Assembly (NCBI RefSeq): GCF_001194135.2
Contig: NC_068992.1
Coordinates: 6,761,517 to 6,825,516, forward strand
DNA: 64,000 nt
Origin: Octopus bimaculoides
Lineage: Eukaryota
Reading direction: 5' to 3'
Shown here: piece after piece, positions 62,815 through 64,000 of the stretch
Numbering within the stretch: position 1 is the first letter of the stretch
Layout of the letters: every line of letters begins with the position of its first letter
Made by a program: the position numbers and the translations under genes
The notes under the pieces: generated by a model
Told to the model about the DNA's origin: nothing
Seen by the model: the letters and a program-made list of their open reading frames with translations, nothing else
The model's database searches: none

Positions 62815-64000
62815 ATTCCAATGAGTTAATATTTCTTTTAAGAGGGTTTATTTGTAGTCTGTTGTCACAGGTTTTTGTAAAACAAAGTGTCTTGCCAAAC
62901 TTAAAAGGTGGAAAACTCTGGCTTAACATCCTGGGATCTCAATCAAGACTTATTTCTTAGTTTTTCTCTTTTATCTGGAAATCTCTCAGATTTAACATTC
63001 GGTAGTCAGCATTTACCCCTGTAAACCTTAAGAGGAAATGTTTTTCTTTTTAATCGTTTTACTGCTTAGCTTTCCTGTTAGTAAGAGTGCATTGATTTCA
63101 ATTGAAGCCGTTTTTGTTGTTATTAGGTTCTTCTATGGCCCTGTGTTATTTATCCTTAGCTGACCATACCTATGATTAGAGGTGTTCTAGTCATGACCAA
63201 ACCATCAATTTTCAAAACAGTATAATCAGGTTTATGTTACTCAATGCCTTTTTTTTTTTTTTTTGCTGTTTAGCCTGATCGAGCAGCCCAAAATTCAAAT
63301 GCATTCCAGAAAATCTTTTGTTTATTATCTTTTTTTCTTTCAAGCAAATTATATCAAAGATTACATTATGCAATGTATCAATTTTCTTTTAAGATAGTAG
63401 ATTGTACTTTTAGAGACTTTTTTTTATTTTTTAGCAGGTTCTGCTGCTGTCTAATAACTCTATGAAAAGTAGGCATGGTACCTCTGTTATATCAGCCAGG
63501 CAATCTGGAACAACTCAAATTGAACTATGGCCCATAATCCAGCAACATTAATGTTCAGCCATTGTATGATTTTGATGACTATTGTAAATATCAAATTCTT
63601 ACGAAGACACAAGACAAATTTTTGAAGTTAATCAATTGAGAATTTATATTTTCCTGGATTTGCAGAACTGAATATCAAAGCTGACTCTTGTGGGATTTGA
63701 ACTTGGCTAAAATTTAATATTGCAACATATTTAGTTTCTACTAGAACTCACTCATTCACATGGGATTTGAAAATTGGAAGATGATTAAAATTTGATATCT
63801 TTACTTCTATACTCTACTTTCTCGGAGACCTACACAACACTGAAGATTGTATGATGTGGTATGAAAGAAACTTAGCTGCTCTTTTGGTTGGTCAAACAGT
63901 CAAGTAAAGACTTCCTTGATGGATTCATTGGATAAATTAGTCCAAGATACACTATTTAGAGAAACAAAAATTATACAGTCATAGCTTGATCGTTTTTCAT

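Overview
AT-rich, repeat-dense animal genomic DNA from a short-read scaffold with six N-gaps. The SINE families, the (AC)/(AT)/(ATT)/(CT) microsatellite load and the CORE-type SINEs point to an octopus (coleoid cephalopod) genome; this is inference from recalled repeat families, not a database hit. No complete protein-coding gene, tRNA, rRNA or CRISPR array can be supported, and almost all listed ORFs are microsatellite or N-gap artefacts. Supportable content: (i) decayed autonomous transposon relics: mariner (3 pieces), hAT-like, Tx1/L1-clade LINE, RTE LINE, R4/Dong-like LINE and at least two Penelope lineages; (ii) many tRNA-derived SINEs, two of them full length with perfect TSDs; (iii) several MITEs with clear TIRs (hAT 8-bp TSD, piggyBac TTAA, TA fold-back, and one with a head-to-head telomere-repeat core); (iv) hammerhead-ribozyme-like motifs, one abutting a Penelope relic; (v) a sharp switch to CpG-depleted DNA at about 44.5-45 kb, suggesting a methylated gene body over the last ~19 kb, with a recursive-splice-like YnCAG|GTAAGT site and an old tandem duplication whose copies carry reciprocal MITE insertions; (vi) a few unassigned candidate exons (best: 30252-30411 + and 41712-42098 -) whose protein I do not recognise.
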